NCBI GenBank assembly: GCA_002104945.1
Contig: MCFH01000006.1
Coordinates: 1,240,001 to 1,304,000 of the forward strand
Source: Piromyces finnis finn
Lineage: Eukaryota > Fungi > Neocallimastigomycota
Direction: 5' to 3'
DNA: 64,000 bases
In this document: piece by piece, positions 41,221 to 64,000 of the stretch
Numbering within the stretch: the first letter of the stretch is position 1
How the letters are laid out: every line of letters begins with the position of its first letter
The notes under the pieces: generated by a model
What the model was told of the DNA's origin: nothing
The model's database searches: none
The model's input: only the letters and a program-made list of their open reading frames with translations
Made by a program: the position numbers and the translations under genes

Positions 41221-41330
41221 TTATGGATTAATATGACGAAAACCTTTATTTTTTTATTTCTGACACCTCTAGTGAAAAGGTGGTTTTACGACCATCTAAT
41301 GCACGCAACTTTGTTCTGATTAATCCATAA
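41221..41330 (+). ncRNA. Candidate box C/D snoRNA, target unidentified
   Basis: 11-bp terminal stem (41221-41231 with 41320-41330), box C variant ATGACGA (41233-41239), box D CTGA (41316-41319) directly abutting the stem, internal D'-like CTGA (41260-41263) and C'-like GTGAAAA (41272-41278). Locally GC-enriched. Confidence 0.6.
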
Positions 41331-41510
41331 TAAATAAATTAAAATGAATTTAAAAATTAAATATTACATAAATATTTTGAATTTAATGTGTTTTTTTTTT
41401 TTTTTGTATTAATAATTAAGGATTAAGAAATTTATATAGGAATTATGTTTAAGTATTTATATTATATTATTATTATTTTTTTTTTTTAATATCTTATTTT
41501 TTAAATTGGC

Positions 41511-42050
41511 ATGATTATAAAAGGTGATTTAAAATTTAAAAAATTGAAAAAAATTAAAATTGAAAAGGATCAAAATGAAGTAATAAAATACAAATATGAA
41601 GCTTATTATTTTGGTTTGAAAATTGTAGAAACAAAATATTATTTAAAAAAGAAAATAGCATTAAAAACTATAAAAAAGATTTCCAAAGATTATTTACGTA
41701 TGCTAAAACAAGAATTCAAAAATAGCAATGAAGATGAAGAAGGGGAAATTGATAGTAATAAACTTTATAACAATAAAGCCGATGAAGAAAATCAGATTTC
41801 TTTTCTTCCGGAGCAATTAGAAATTAATAATCAATTAATGCATAGTCGAACTTATGTAGTTTATCTCAATCAATTTTTCCAAAAATTTAAAATAGATTAT
41901 GAGTATTCTTTCGAAAATTATAAAAATCTTTATTTATGTAAACTACGAATTGATAATAAATATTTTGTAACGGATCGTCCTTTCATAAGAAAGGTTGATG
42001 CAAAAGAAGAAGTATCAAAAATAGCATGTGATTATCTGAAAATTATTTAA
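41511..42050 (+). CDS. Small intronless protein with a C-terminal double-stranded RNA-binding motif and a degenerate N-terminal dsRBD-like segment
   Basis: C-terminal YVVYLNQFFQKFKIDYEY...YLCKLRIDNKYFVTDRPFIRKVDAKEEVSKIACDYL fits the alpha-beta-beta-beta-alpha dsRBD pattern, including an RKxxAxxxxxKxA-like helix 2. Recognised by eye only. Confidence 0.6.
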   Translation: MIIKGDLKFKKLKKIKIEKDQNEVIKYKYEAYYFGLKIVETKYYLKKKIALKTIKKISKDYLRMLKQEFKNSNEDEEGEIDSNKLYNNKADEENQISFLPEQLEINNQLMHSRTYVVYLNQFFQKFKIDYEYSFENYKNLYLCKLRIDNKYFVTDRPFIRKVDAKEEVSKIACDYLKII

Positions 42051-42581
42051 ATGTATTTAAAGATGAAATTTATATTTATAAAGAAAAAAAACTAATTCAA
42101 TTAAAGTTAATCATATAATTATACCAAATATTAATTATTTTTATAATTAATAATATATCCTCCTATCAATTAGAATAATGTATTTTTTGTATGCTTTAAA
42201 GCCTTTATTTTTTATTAATATTTAATAAATAATCATTTCCTATTTCCAAAGATTAATATAGCAAAAATAGAATTTGTTATTTAAATTTTGTGTATTATTA
42301 ACACTAAAAAATCAACACCAACATATAATTAAAATAAATATAAAATAGTAATATTTTTTAATATTAGATTAATCTATTTATATAATTAATAATTGTTTTT
42401 ATTATTTATTCTATAATTTTATTATAATAAATATATATATATAAATATATTCTTTCAATTGAAATAATAAATAAAATGAAATTTAATATATAAAACTTAT
42501 TTTTTAATCTATAATATTTGTAATAATTTCCTTGAGATGTAAACTTTATGATGCTATATTGTTTATTTAATTATTGATAGC

Positions 42582-47589
<5,008 letters not shown>

Positions 47590-48187
47590 TTTGTATAATT
47601 ATATTTCAAAAGGTAGTGCAAATTTTTTAAAAAAAAAAAATATTTATATATATTAAAAATTTTTAAAAAAAAAATATTTATATTATATATTTGTGAATGT
47701 AAAATTTTAAATATATTAAATATATCGATAATATATTAATAATATATTTTATTTAAATAAAAAGGAACAAAGAATAAATTATAAGTTATTTTAAAATAAA
47801 TTATTCTTAAAGAATTTTTAATTAGCTTCGATTAAAATTATAATTACAAATAAAAAAAAATATTATATATCAATATTAATATTTTATAATTATAATAATA
47901 ATTATTATTATTATTTCAATTATTAATGCTTATTTATAATTTGTATGATAAATACTGAAATAAAGCATTAAAAATGCAAAGTAATTTAATATATCATTAA
48001 GAAAATAATTTTTCTGATTACCATAAATATTTAGAATTTATATAACCTAATCATTTAGACTATTTTCTATCAAAACTTTTAAAATATTACTGCTTTTTTA
48101 GTGTGTAAATGGCCTCCTTCCTATTATAAACTTGACATTCTTAGTTACATAAATAAATAAATTTATTTATACAACGGAAAAGTAATC

Positions 48188-48197
48188 TAACCAATCA
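48188..48197 (+). promoter_or_regulatory. CCAAT-box-like motif TAACCAATCA in the CLU1/RET2 divergent intergenic region
   Basis: Motif read directly. CCAATCA forms the loop of a 7-bp aatctaa/ttagatt inverted repeat. Confidence 0.35.
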
Positions 48198-49030
48198 TTA
48201 GATTTATCATTTCGGATAATATATAATAATTGTATTAAAATTTAATTGTTTATATATATAGATTCTTAAAAATGTAAATACAATTAACTGTATTTGTACT
48301 ACTTTAAATAAAAAATGGAACTTAGATCAATATGTATAAATAAATATAAATAAATAGCCTTTGAATAAATAAATATTAATATTAAAGTTCGATATTAATT
48401 AACATTATATTTAATATGAGGTTCATTTATTTTTTAAGTATTTAAAATAACAATATTATAGTTTTGTAATTTTGTTATTTAATTGTCTTATCAAAAGTTT
48501 TTTTTAAATACTATATTCAAATACTTTTAATACAATATTATTAAAAATATTATTATTTTTTTAATTGTTTATTCTCAATTATTATTTTAAAATAAGAAAA
48601 AGGTAATTAATAAATTTTTTTTAATAATATTGATAAAATTTAAATTTTTATGAATATTTAATACTAAATAAAATTTTCATACGTAATTATATTTTATTAG
48701 AAATTGATATACATATTGTATTAAGAATGTAAATGTATTTTACATCTGAAAATCAAAATAATTAAAATTTTCATAGAAATAATAATATTAAATAAATAAT
48801 AAATTATTAAAAATTTATATTTGCTTGGATAGTTTATAATTTATTATTTTTTTTTATTTAAAATATTTTATTTATATCTATTTTTATTTTATTTGTTAAA
48901 GAAAAAGAAATTCTTTACTTTAAAACATATAGATATAATATATATTATATAAGGACTAACAAATATAAATATTAAAAAGCAATAATATTGAACTAAATAA
49001 TTAATAATAAATTTATTATAAAAATTAAAG

Positions 49031-50505
49031 ATGGTAAATAAACCTTTTTATTTATTTAGATAACGGTTTATAATTATATTCATCACCAAAACAAATTTCT
49101 AATTCTTTTTTCTTTTTTATCTTAATCCTCTCTCCTTTCTATTACAATAACATTTACTCTATAATTTATAATTACTATCATGATATTTTTATACTGCATA
49201 ATATTAAAATATTTATTTTTTAATTCAATTTTCACTTAAACAAAATTTTATTTTAATGGATAAAAATCAACAAAAATAAACATTAACATCTATTATATTC
49301 AAATTATTTGTGTACTTTGTTTATCTTCTAATTATAATTCAGGTCGTTATATCTGCATCAGTTTGTACTAAAACTGGAAAGGGTAAACTATCTATTAAAA
49401 AAAAAAAAAAAAAAATAAAAGATAATTATAAATAATTTCAAAATATATTTGTAATAAAAGATGAATTATTTATATCAAAAGTCAATGGTAGTATATTAAT
49501 TAATAATAATAAAAAAATAAAAAAATAAATATTAATTAATTTTAAAATATTTAAAATTAATATAGTAATTTAATTTAAATAAAAACGTTAACTAAAAATT
49601 TAATTTAAATAAATTTAATTTAAAAAAATATTACAGTATCAATTAATATAATATAATTTGCAATAAAACAAAAATTTTTATCATTGCCTTTAGATAAATA
49701 TATATAGGAATTTTTGATATTAATTTTATTATAAAAAAATATAATTAAATCAATTCTCGTATTTTATTTATTTATTTATTTCTAAATATAATTTAATAAT
49801 TTAAATTATAATATTAACATATAAAAATGTGAATTTTAAATATTTATAAAAATAATGTTTATCAGCAATTCTTTCACGTCAATTCATGGATATGTCTCGT
49901 TCAAGAATTGAAGGTCTTTTAGCTTCTTTTCCAAAATTAATTGATAACAATGAGCAACATACTTTTGTTGAAACTGATTCAGTTCGTTATGTTTATCAAC
50001 CACTTGAAGAACTTTTTATGGTATTAATTACAAACAAAAATTCCAATATTCTTCAAGATATTGAAACTTTAAATCTCTTTGTTAGAGCTATATCTGATTA
50101 CTGTCATAATATTAACACTCATGAAATAGAAGAAATGGCATTTGAACTTTCAAGTGTTTTTGATGAAATTGTTAATCTTGGTTATAGAGAATATGTCAGC
50201 ATCCAACAACTTAGAACTATTTCTGAAATGGAAAGTCATGAAGAAAAATTAGCAGCTGAAATTGAAAAGGTATTTACAAAAAAAAAAAAAAAAAAAAAGA
50301 AAGAAAGAAAGAAAGAAAATAAAAATATGATTTATTACAAATATTTTTTATTAATAATCAAAAAACAAGAAACATTATTAACTTGTCTATTATAATATTT
50401 TATAAACTTATATATTATGAAATATCAAAAATAACAAAAATGAATTATTAAATGAACAAATACATAAATTAAACAAAACAATATAATTTTAATATATGCA
50501 ATCAA

Positions 50506-50539
<34 letters not shown>

Positions 50540-52630
50540 AATAAGGAAAAGGAAGCAAAGGAATTACTTAATAGAAAGGCTAAATCATTAGAAATGCAAA
50601 GAAAGGAAATGCAAAAGAAAATGGCTTCAGGTGGTATGGGTATGGGATATGGCAGTGGTGGCTTCGGTAATAATGGTGGTTACGGTAATAGCAGCGGATA
50701 TGGTAACAATAATAATTATGGCAATAATGGCGGTTTCGGTAATAATGGTGGTTATGGAAACAATGATGGATATAATAATAACAATGGTTACGGTAATAAT
50801 GGTAATTACGGAAATAATGGAGGATACGGTGGATTTGGCAACAATTCTGGTTATAATAACAATATGAATCAAAATAACTATAATTCAAATAATAAGTATG
50901 TAATAATTATATATTGTTTTGACAGTGTTTAACAATATTATAATTTATTAATATTAAAAATACAATATATATCATACAATAAAAAAAATTACTTTATAAA
51001 ATATATAATAATATTAAATTAATGAATTATTAATATATAATTTTTTCTATTTAAAATATGAAGCAATCAACAACAAAACCAACCATTCCGTGGTAAAGGT
51101 ATGCAATTAGGTCATAAGAATAATAATAATGTTAACGATTTAGTTTCTCAAATGCAAGAAGAAGTTAGTAACCAAGCTATAGCAGAACAAATGGCTAGTG
51201 CTTCTAATGAACCATCTACTCCAACCGAACCGTAAATATATCAGTTATTTTTATAATACATAAATAATTTTTAAAAGAAATGTTTATTTGTTAAACTTTA
51301 ATATAAAATATTAACTTCTTAAAAAAAATAAATTATTAATATATTTATTTTATGTATTTTAAAACACTATAGTGTCCATGCTATTATATCAGAAAAGATT
51401 AGCTTAGCAGCTACTCATGATGGTGGCTTAGAAAACTTAGAAATTAAGGGTGATATGATATTGAGAATTTCTGATCCAAACAGCACTCGTTTAAGAATTC
51501 AATTAAATAATTCATTCAATAGAAACTTCCAATTTAAGGTAATCAGAAAAGCAACAAAGATATATATATTAAACAATAATATAAATATTTATAAATTTAT
51601 TAACAATCCACTATTGTTACTATTTATTTAATTTCAAACCTTCAAAATGATTCAATATTCTTAAATATTATATAAAAATATTTATTAAATAAATTTAGAC
51701 TCACCCACAAGTTGATAAGAAATTATTCAACTCCGATAGTGTTATCGCTTTAAAGGATCCATCAAAGCCATTCCCAATTGGTAGTCCATTAGGTATATTA
51801 AAATGGAGATTTGCTACTAGAGATGAAAGCTTTATTCCACTTTCAAGTAAATATTGATTATTTTTGTTTATTTGATTATTTACTTTTATAATGAAAATAG
51901 TAATATTTTAATATTTTATATTTTAAAATGTAACATTAAAAACGTATTAAATTATATTCTCTTTTTAATTATACATTTAAATAATAAGTTAATTGCTGGC
52001 CATCTCTTGCTGCTAATGGTACTTGTGATGTTAACATTGAATATGAACTTGAAGTTCCAAACATCACTCTTAATAATGTTTCTATTATTATTCCATATCC
52101 GTAAGTTTTATTATTTAAAACATTTATAGATTTTGATTTATTTAGTATTATTTTGATATAAATTCCTAATTTTAATGTTAACATAATATATAAACATAAA
52201 ATAATATGAATATGAATAGTGGTATGGGTAACCCAACTGTTGGTGAAGTTGATGGTTCATACAACATTAATCACCAAAACCGTTACATTGAATGGCAAAT
52301 TCCAATTATTGATGCTGATAACCGTTCAGGCAGTATGGAATTCAATGTTCCAGGTAATGACACTAATGCTTTCTTCCCAGTTCGTGTTAACTTTACATCA
52401 CAACAATCCTTCTCTAACATAAATGTAAGTTATTATTTAATTCTAATTCAAATTAGTTTATAATAAAGTGAAATTAAATTGTAATATATAATTTACCATA
52501 TTAAAATATTATTTAAAATTTTTATGCATAATTTATTTAGATTGCTGATATTCAACTCGTAGAAGATGGTACTTCAGTAAGCTACTCTAATGAAACTAGA
52601 TTAATGCCAGAAAATTACATAATAATGTAA
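49031..52630 (+). CDS. RET2: Coatomer subunit delta (delta-COP); first coding exon is ATG only
   Basis: M|VVISASVCTKTGK|AILSRQFMDMSRSRIEGLLASFPKL, HTFVETDSVRYVYQPLE, KNSNILQDIETL, mu-homology domain GLENLEIKGDMILRI, FKTHPQVDK and LKWR; ends ENYIIM*. Confidence 0.95.
50660..50890 (+). repeat. Degenerate 18-bp coding tandem repeat encoding [GN][YF]GNN[GNDS] units in the delta-COP linker
   Basis: Translation GFGNNG-GYGNSS-GYGNNN-NYGNNG-GFGNNG-GYGNND-GYNNNN-GYGNNG-NYGNNG-GYG-GFGNNS-GYNNN. Confidence 0.85.
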
Positions 52631-53902
52631 TTAAATTAAAAACCCAACACTTATTATAGAAAGTAGAGATATTAATTATATAAAAATAAATTGATTACAA
52701 AAATAATTATATAATATATTTCAACGATAAACCATTACAATAAAATTGAATGAAGAAAGAAAAAAAAAAAGGATAATATAAATTTTAATTTCCAATTAGC
52801 AACAGAATAATAAATATAATAAAACATTAAAACATTAATAAAAAAAAAAAAAAAGAAAAAATAAAAAAAAAAAATAAAAAAAAAAATTTTAAAAATTCAT
52901 AATAAATAAATAAAAATAAAAATAAAACTACATATATATAACAACAAAATATAATAATAAATAAAAATAAATATATAAATAAATATAAATAAAAATTAAA
53001 ACAAAAAAAAAAAAAAAAAAAAAAATCATATCATAATATGAATTTAAATTTCGAAATATCATTCATTATAGTATACTAGGAATATATTATCCATCAAATG
53101 ATTTATACTTTACATATTACTTTAATATATTCTTAGTACTATAATTTTTATCAAAATTTGTATGTGTATATATAAAAATAAATTTAATGAATAGTTAATA
53201 AACCCTTTATTATTACCAATAAAAATAAAACCCTTTTTCTTTTTTGTATTTTATTGTATTGTTATAATTTATTTATTTATTTATTTATTACTATTAGTAG
53301 TAGTAGTATAGAGAGAGAAAGAGAAGATAGAGAAAATATATAATATATATAATAATATAAAAAATATATAAAACTATTGAACAATTAACATTAATCATTT
53401 TTTAATATATAAAATAATTTTAATTTTTCTTAAAAATAATGACTACTTTATTATTAAAAAATATTTTTATCCATACTATAACAAAAAATTCCCAATTCAA
53501 AAATTAAAACATAATGAAAAAAAAAAAAAGGTTTTAAATAAGTATTGGTTTTTTAAATTATAAAAAACTTTTATTTATAATTTCATTTATATTTATGTAG
53601 ATGATATATTTTTATAAATATGTCGATATATTTATCAACTTTTTTATATACATAATTTATCGATTATAATAATACTAATAGTATTATTATTTTTATAAGA
53701 GTTAATAATTAAACAAACTTAATATAAATTGAAATATTGATAAATGATACAAAAAATATTTTTTTTTTATTATAATTTTTTTTTCAATTCTATTATAATA
53801 TCATTGACACTTATAATATATGAGATATCAGATTTGTTTAAATTAATTAGTAAAAATATATTTTACTTTATGAATAGAAGGAATAAATTAGTAGTAACCA
53901 AC

Positions 53903-56228
<2,326 letters not shown>

Positions 56229-56665
56229 TTTAATAAATTTATATTAAAAATAAATTTTAAATCTGGAAGAAAAAGAAATTTTTTTATTATATATTATTAA
56301 ATTATTAATACATTATTAATATTCGGGTCTAATATCCAATCAATAATGTATCATAAAAATAAAATGTATATATATATTGTACAAAGAAAACATTTTCAAA
56401 TTTTCAATTATAAAGTTATAAGAATAATATTTATAAATAGAAGCTTTTAATCTTAAAAAAAATTAATAATAATTTTTCCAAAAAAAATATTTTTATTACA
56501 TTATTACATTTTTAAAACCATTTTATGTATACAATTATATTAATATATTAAATATTACCCTTTCAAAAAAATGTAACCAAATATAAAAATTCTCTTAATA
56601 TATATAATAAACTATTAAAAGAAATTCAAACAAAAAAATAAAAATTCCATTTAATATTAATTATT

Positions 56666-57125
56666 ATGGTAAATATACTCTAAAAAAAAAAAAAAGTATG
56701 ATTAAATAATATCATATACGGGAATATTTAATTAATTATAATTTATTTTTTTAAATATAATCTTAAAAGGAGACAAAAACAGGTGGTTATATATTCTTAA
56801 TTTGTTCAGTTGCATTCTTTATATATTATACATTATGGGTTATTGTATTGGTATATAATTCTTATTTAATACTTTATAAAATGCAATAATTTTTATAAAA
56901 ATAATGATGATAATGATGAAATTATATATAATAATCTTCAATGTTTTTAATATTTTTAATAAATAATAATAGCCTTTCGTAGATTCAGGAAATAAAATGT
57001 ATTCATTTTTTCCAAGTTGGGAAATAGCATTTGGTGTTCCTGTTGTATGTATAATTATAGGAGCTTCTATTGTTTTTGTTTTTATAAGCTTAGTAATGAT
57101 AACATCAGATGTTAAGGAAAACTGA
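56666..57125 (+). CDS. DPM2: Dolichol-phosphate-mannose synthase regulatory subunit DPM2; 3 exons including an ATG-only first exon (56666-56668)
   Basis: M|ETKTGGYIFLICSVAFFIYYTLWVIVL|PFVDSGNKMYSFFPSWEIAFGVPVVCIIIGASIVFVFISLVMITSDVKEN*. Two TM helices with the DPM2 motif YYTxWVxxLPFxD. Not in the ORF track. Confidence 0.88.
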
Positions 57126-57331
57126 TGATATTAATTTAAAAACATTTAATATTTTATATAATATTAAAAATATATTATACCCAATATTTCTTTTCATTCA
57201 CTTATTAAAAATTGAATTTATTAATTTCTATTTTTTGAAAAAATGAATGAATATGTTAAAATATTAATTATAATACCACCTCAACATTATTATAAATTAA
57301 TAATAACAACAAAATAACAATAAAATAATAA

Positions 57332-57364
<33 letters not shown>

Positions 57365-57426
57365 AATAAATATAAATAATAGATTAAAAGCGTTCTTTTC
57401 AAATATATATTATATGCAATTTAATG

Positions 57427-57463
<37 letters not shown>

Positions 57464-58063
57464 ATATAGACGTAAATAAAAAATAGATACAAATATGCTA
57501 ATAAAAAGAAAAAAATAAAAATATATAGAAAAAAAAAAATTGGAATATATATTGCTTATTAATTACTTTTATACAAAACTTAGACTTTAATTGATATAAT
57601 AATTATGTATAAGAGAATCGATTATATATATTAATGTTATAGTGTTTTTTTTTTTTTTTTTAATTTAAGTAATTAATACTTTTTTAGTTAAATAAAATAT
57701 ATATATATTTTTTAATTGTTTTAATTGTAATATGTTTCAATATTTTATCTTTATTTTTCAATTGAATTAAATATCAATTCATTAATTTTTATTATATATT
57801 TACTTTTCAATTTCAGAAGTATAGTTAATAATTAAGTTAATAATGAAAATACAAATTAAAATTATATGATAGAGTTTAAATAGACTTTAACAAAAAAAAA
57901 TAAAAAAAATATCTTTAATATAAAATAACAATAAAAAAGTATTAAAATTATTTAATAGAAAATAAAATATAAACTTTTTTATTAAAAGAAAAGTGTTATA
58001 TTTTATTTTTTGCTAATTTTTAATAGACATATTGACTTTAATAATAATAAAAAAAAAGTTTCA

Positions 58064-63394
<5,331 letters not shown>

Positions 63395-64000
63395 AATTTT
63401 TTGTTTTATTATTATATGTGTATGTGTAATGCGTATAAATAATAGATAAAATTAAAAAATAAAAAAAACATAAAAAAAATATAAAGAAAAAATGTGAAAT
63501 ATGATACTTTTTTTATATATATATAAGATTTTTAAATTATGCTAAATAACAATTTTATTTTATTTTCCATTAATAAAATGCTTAACAAATAAAAAATATT
63601 AAATCCTATTAAAAAAACATAATTATTAAAGTTTCTAAGCAATGATTATATATAAAAATAATAATAATAATAAATTTACACCTGTTTTTTATTAAATATT
63701 TATTTTTTATTTCTCTATTTATTTTGCTTTGTTTTTTAAAGTACTTTTATTTTTCATTTTTAGATACTTATATAAATATTTTAAATAAATTATTATTAAA
63801 TATTTTGACAGTAAATTATATATATATAATTTACTATGTTTTTTTAACATAAATTTAATTTTATTAAAAATGAATTTTACTAATAAATAAATGATTTTCC
63901 AATAAATTATTAATAAAATAAAAAAAGGAATTTTAAAAAAAAATTTCTTTAACCATTTTAATTATTACTGTTATTATTTAATAAACTATACTTATTAATA

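Noticed and set aside
41296-41315. Resemblance of atgcacgcaact to U6 snRNA (GACACGCAAAUU)
   Set aside because: There is no ACAGAGA box or other U6 element, and the C/D architecture explains the region better.
50627-50872. Overlapping ORFs in several frames across the delta-COP repeat
   Set aside because: They are a by-product of the stop-poor GGN/AAY repeat; only the Gly/Asn frame splices into delta-COP.
57123-57128. Tandem TGA TGA at the end of DPM2 as possible readthrough or selenocysteine signal
   Set aside because: The protein is already full length for the family, no SECIS-like structure is visible, and a TAA follows one codon later.

Overview
Extremely AT-rich, intron-dense eukaryotic genomic DNA. 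The GT-AG introns, long (AAT)n and (ATTT)n microsatellites and fungal-type protein sequences best fit an anaerobic gut fungus (Neocallimastigomycota); this taxon is an inference. I reconstructed 15 protein-coding genes by manual splicing. In order: POP7/Rpp20 (-), UPS1/PRELI (+), PFK-2/FBPase-2 (+), EPG5 (+, about 3,466 aa), proteasome beta5 PRE2 (-), ERGIC-53/Emp47-like L-type lectin (+), ZGPAT-like G-patch protein (+), an unknown RING protein (-), HGH1 (-), a small dsRBD-like protein (+), CLU1 (-), delta-COP RET2 (+), MetAP2 (-), DPM2 (+) and an unknown coiled-coil/Asn-rich protein (-). POP7 and DPM2 are absent from the ORF track. I saw no tRNA, rRNA, CRISPR array or intact transposon. The most notable observations are: a box C/D snoRNA-like element with canonical k-turn geometry just upstream of the dsRBD-like gene; an EPG5 orthologue with conserved tandem LIR motifs in a fungus; a RING protein with an internally duplicated PH/GRAM-like module whose intron phases are conserved between copies; a 3' splice site preceded by 28 A residues; two single-base deletions in a coding (AAT)n tract that split one gene; a prion-like GYGNN repeat in delta-COP; and an isolated perfect 21-bp hairpin. 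I found no clear multi-gene novel system; these are individual leads.
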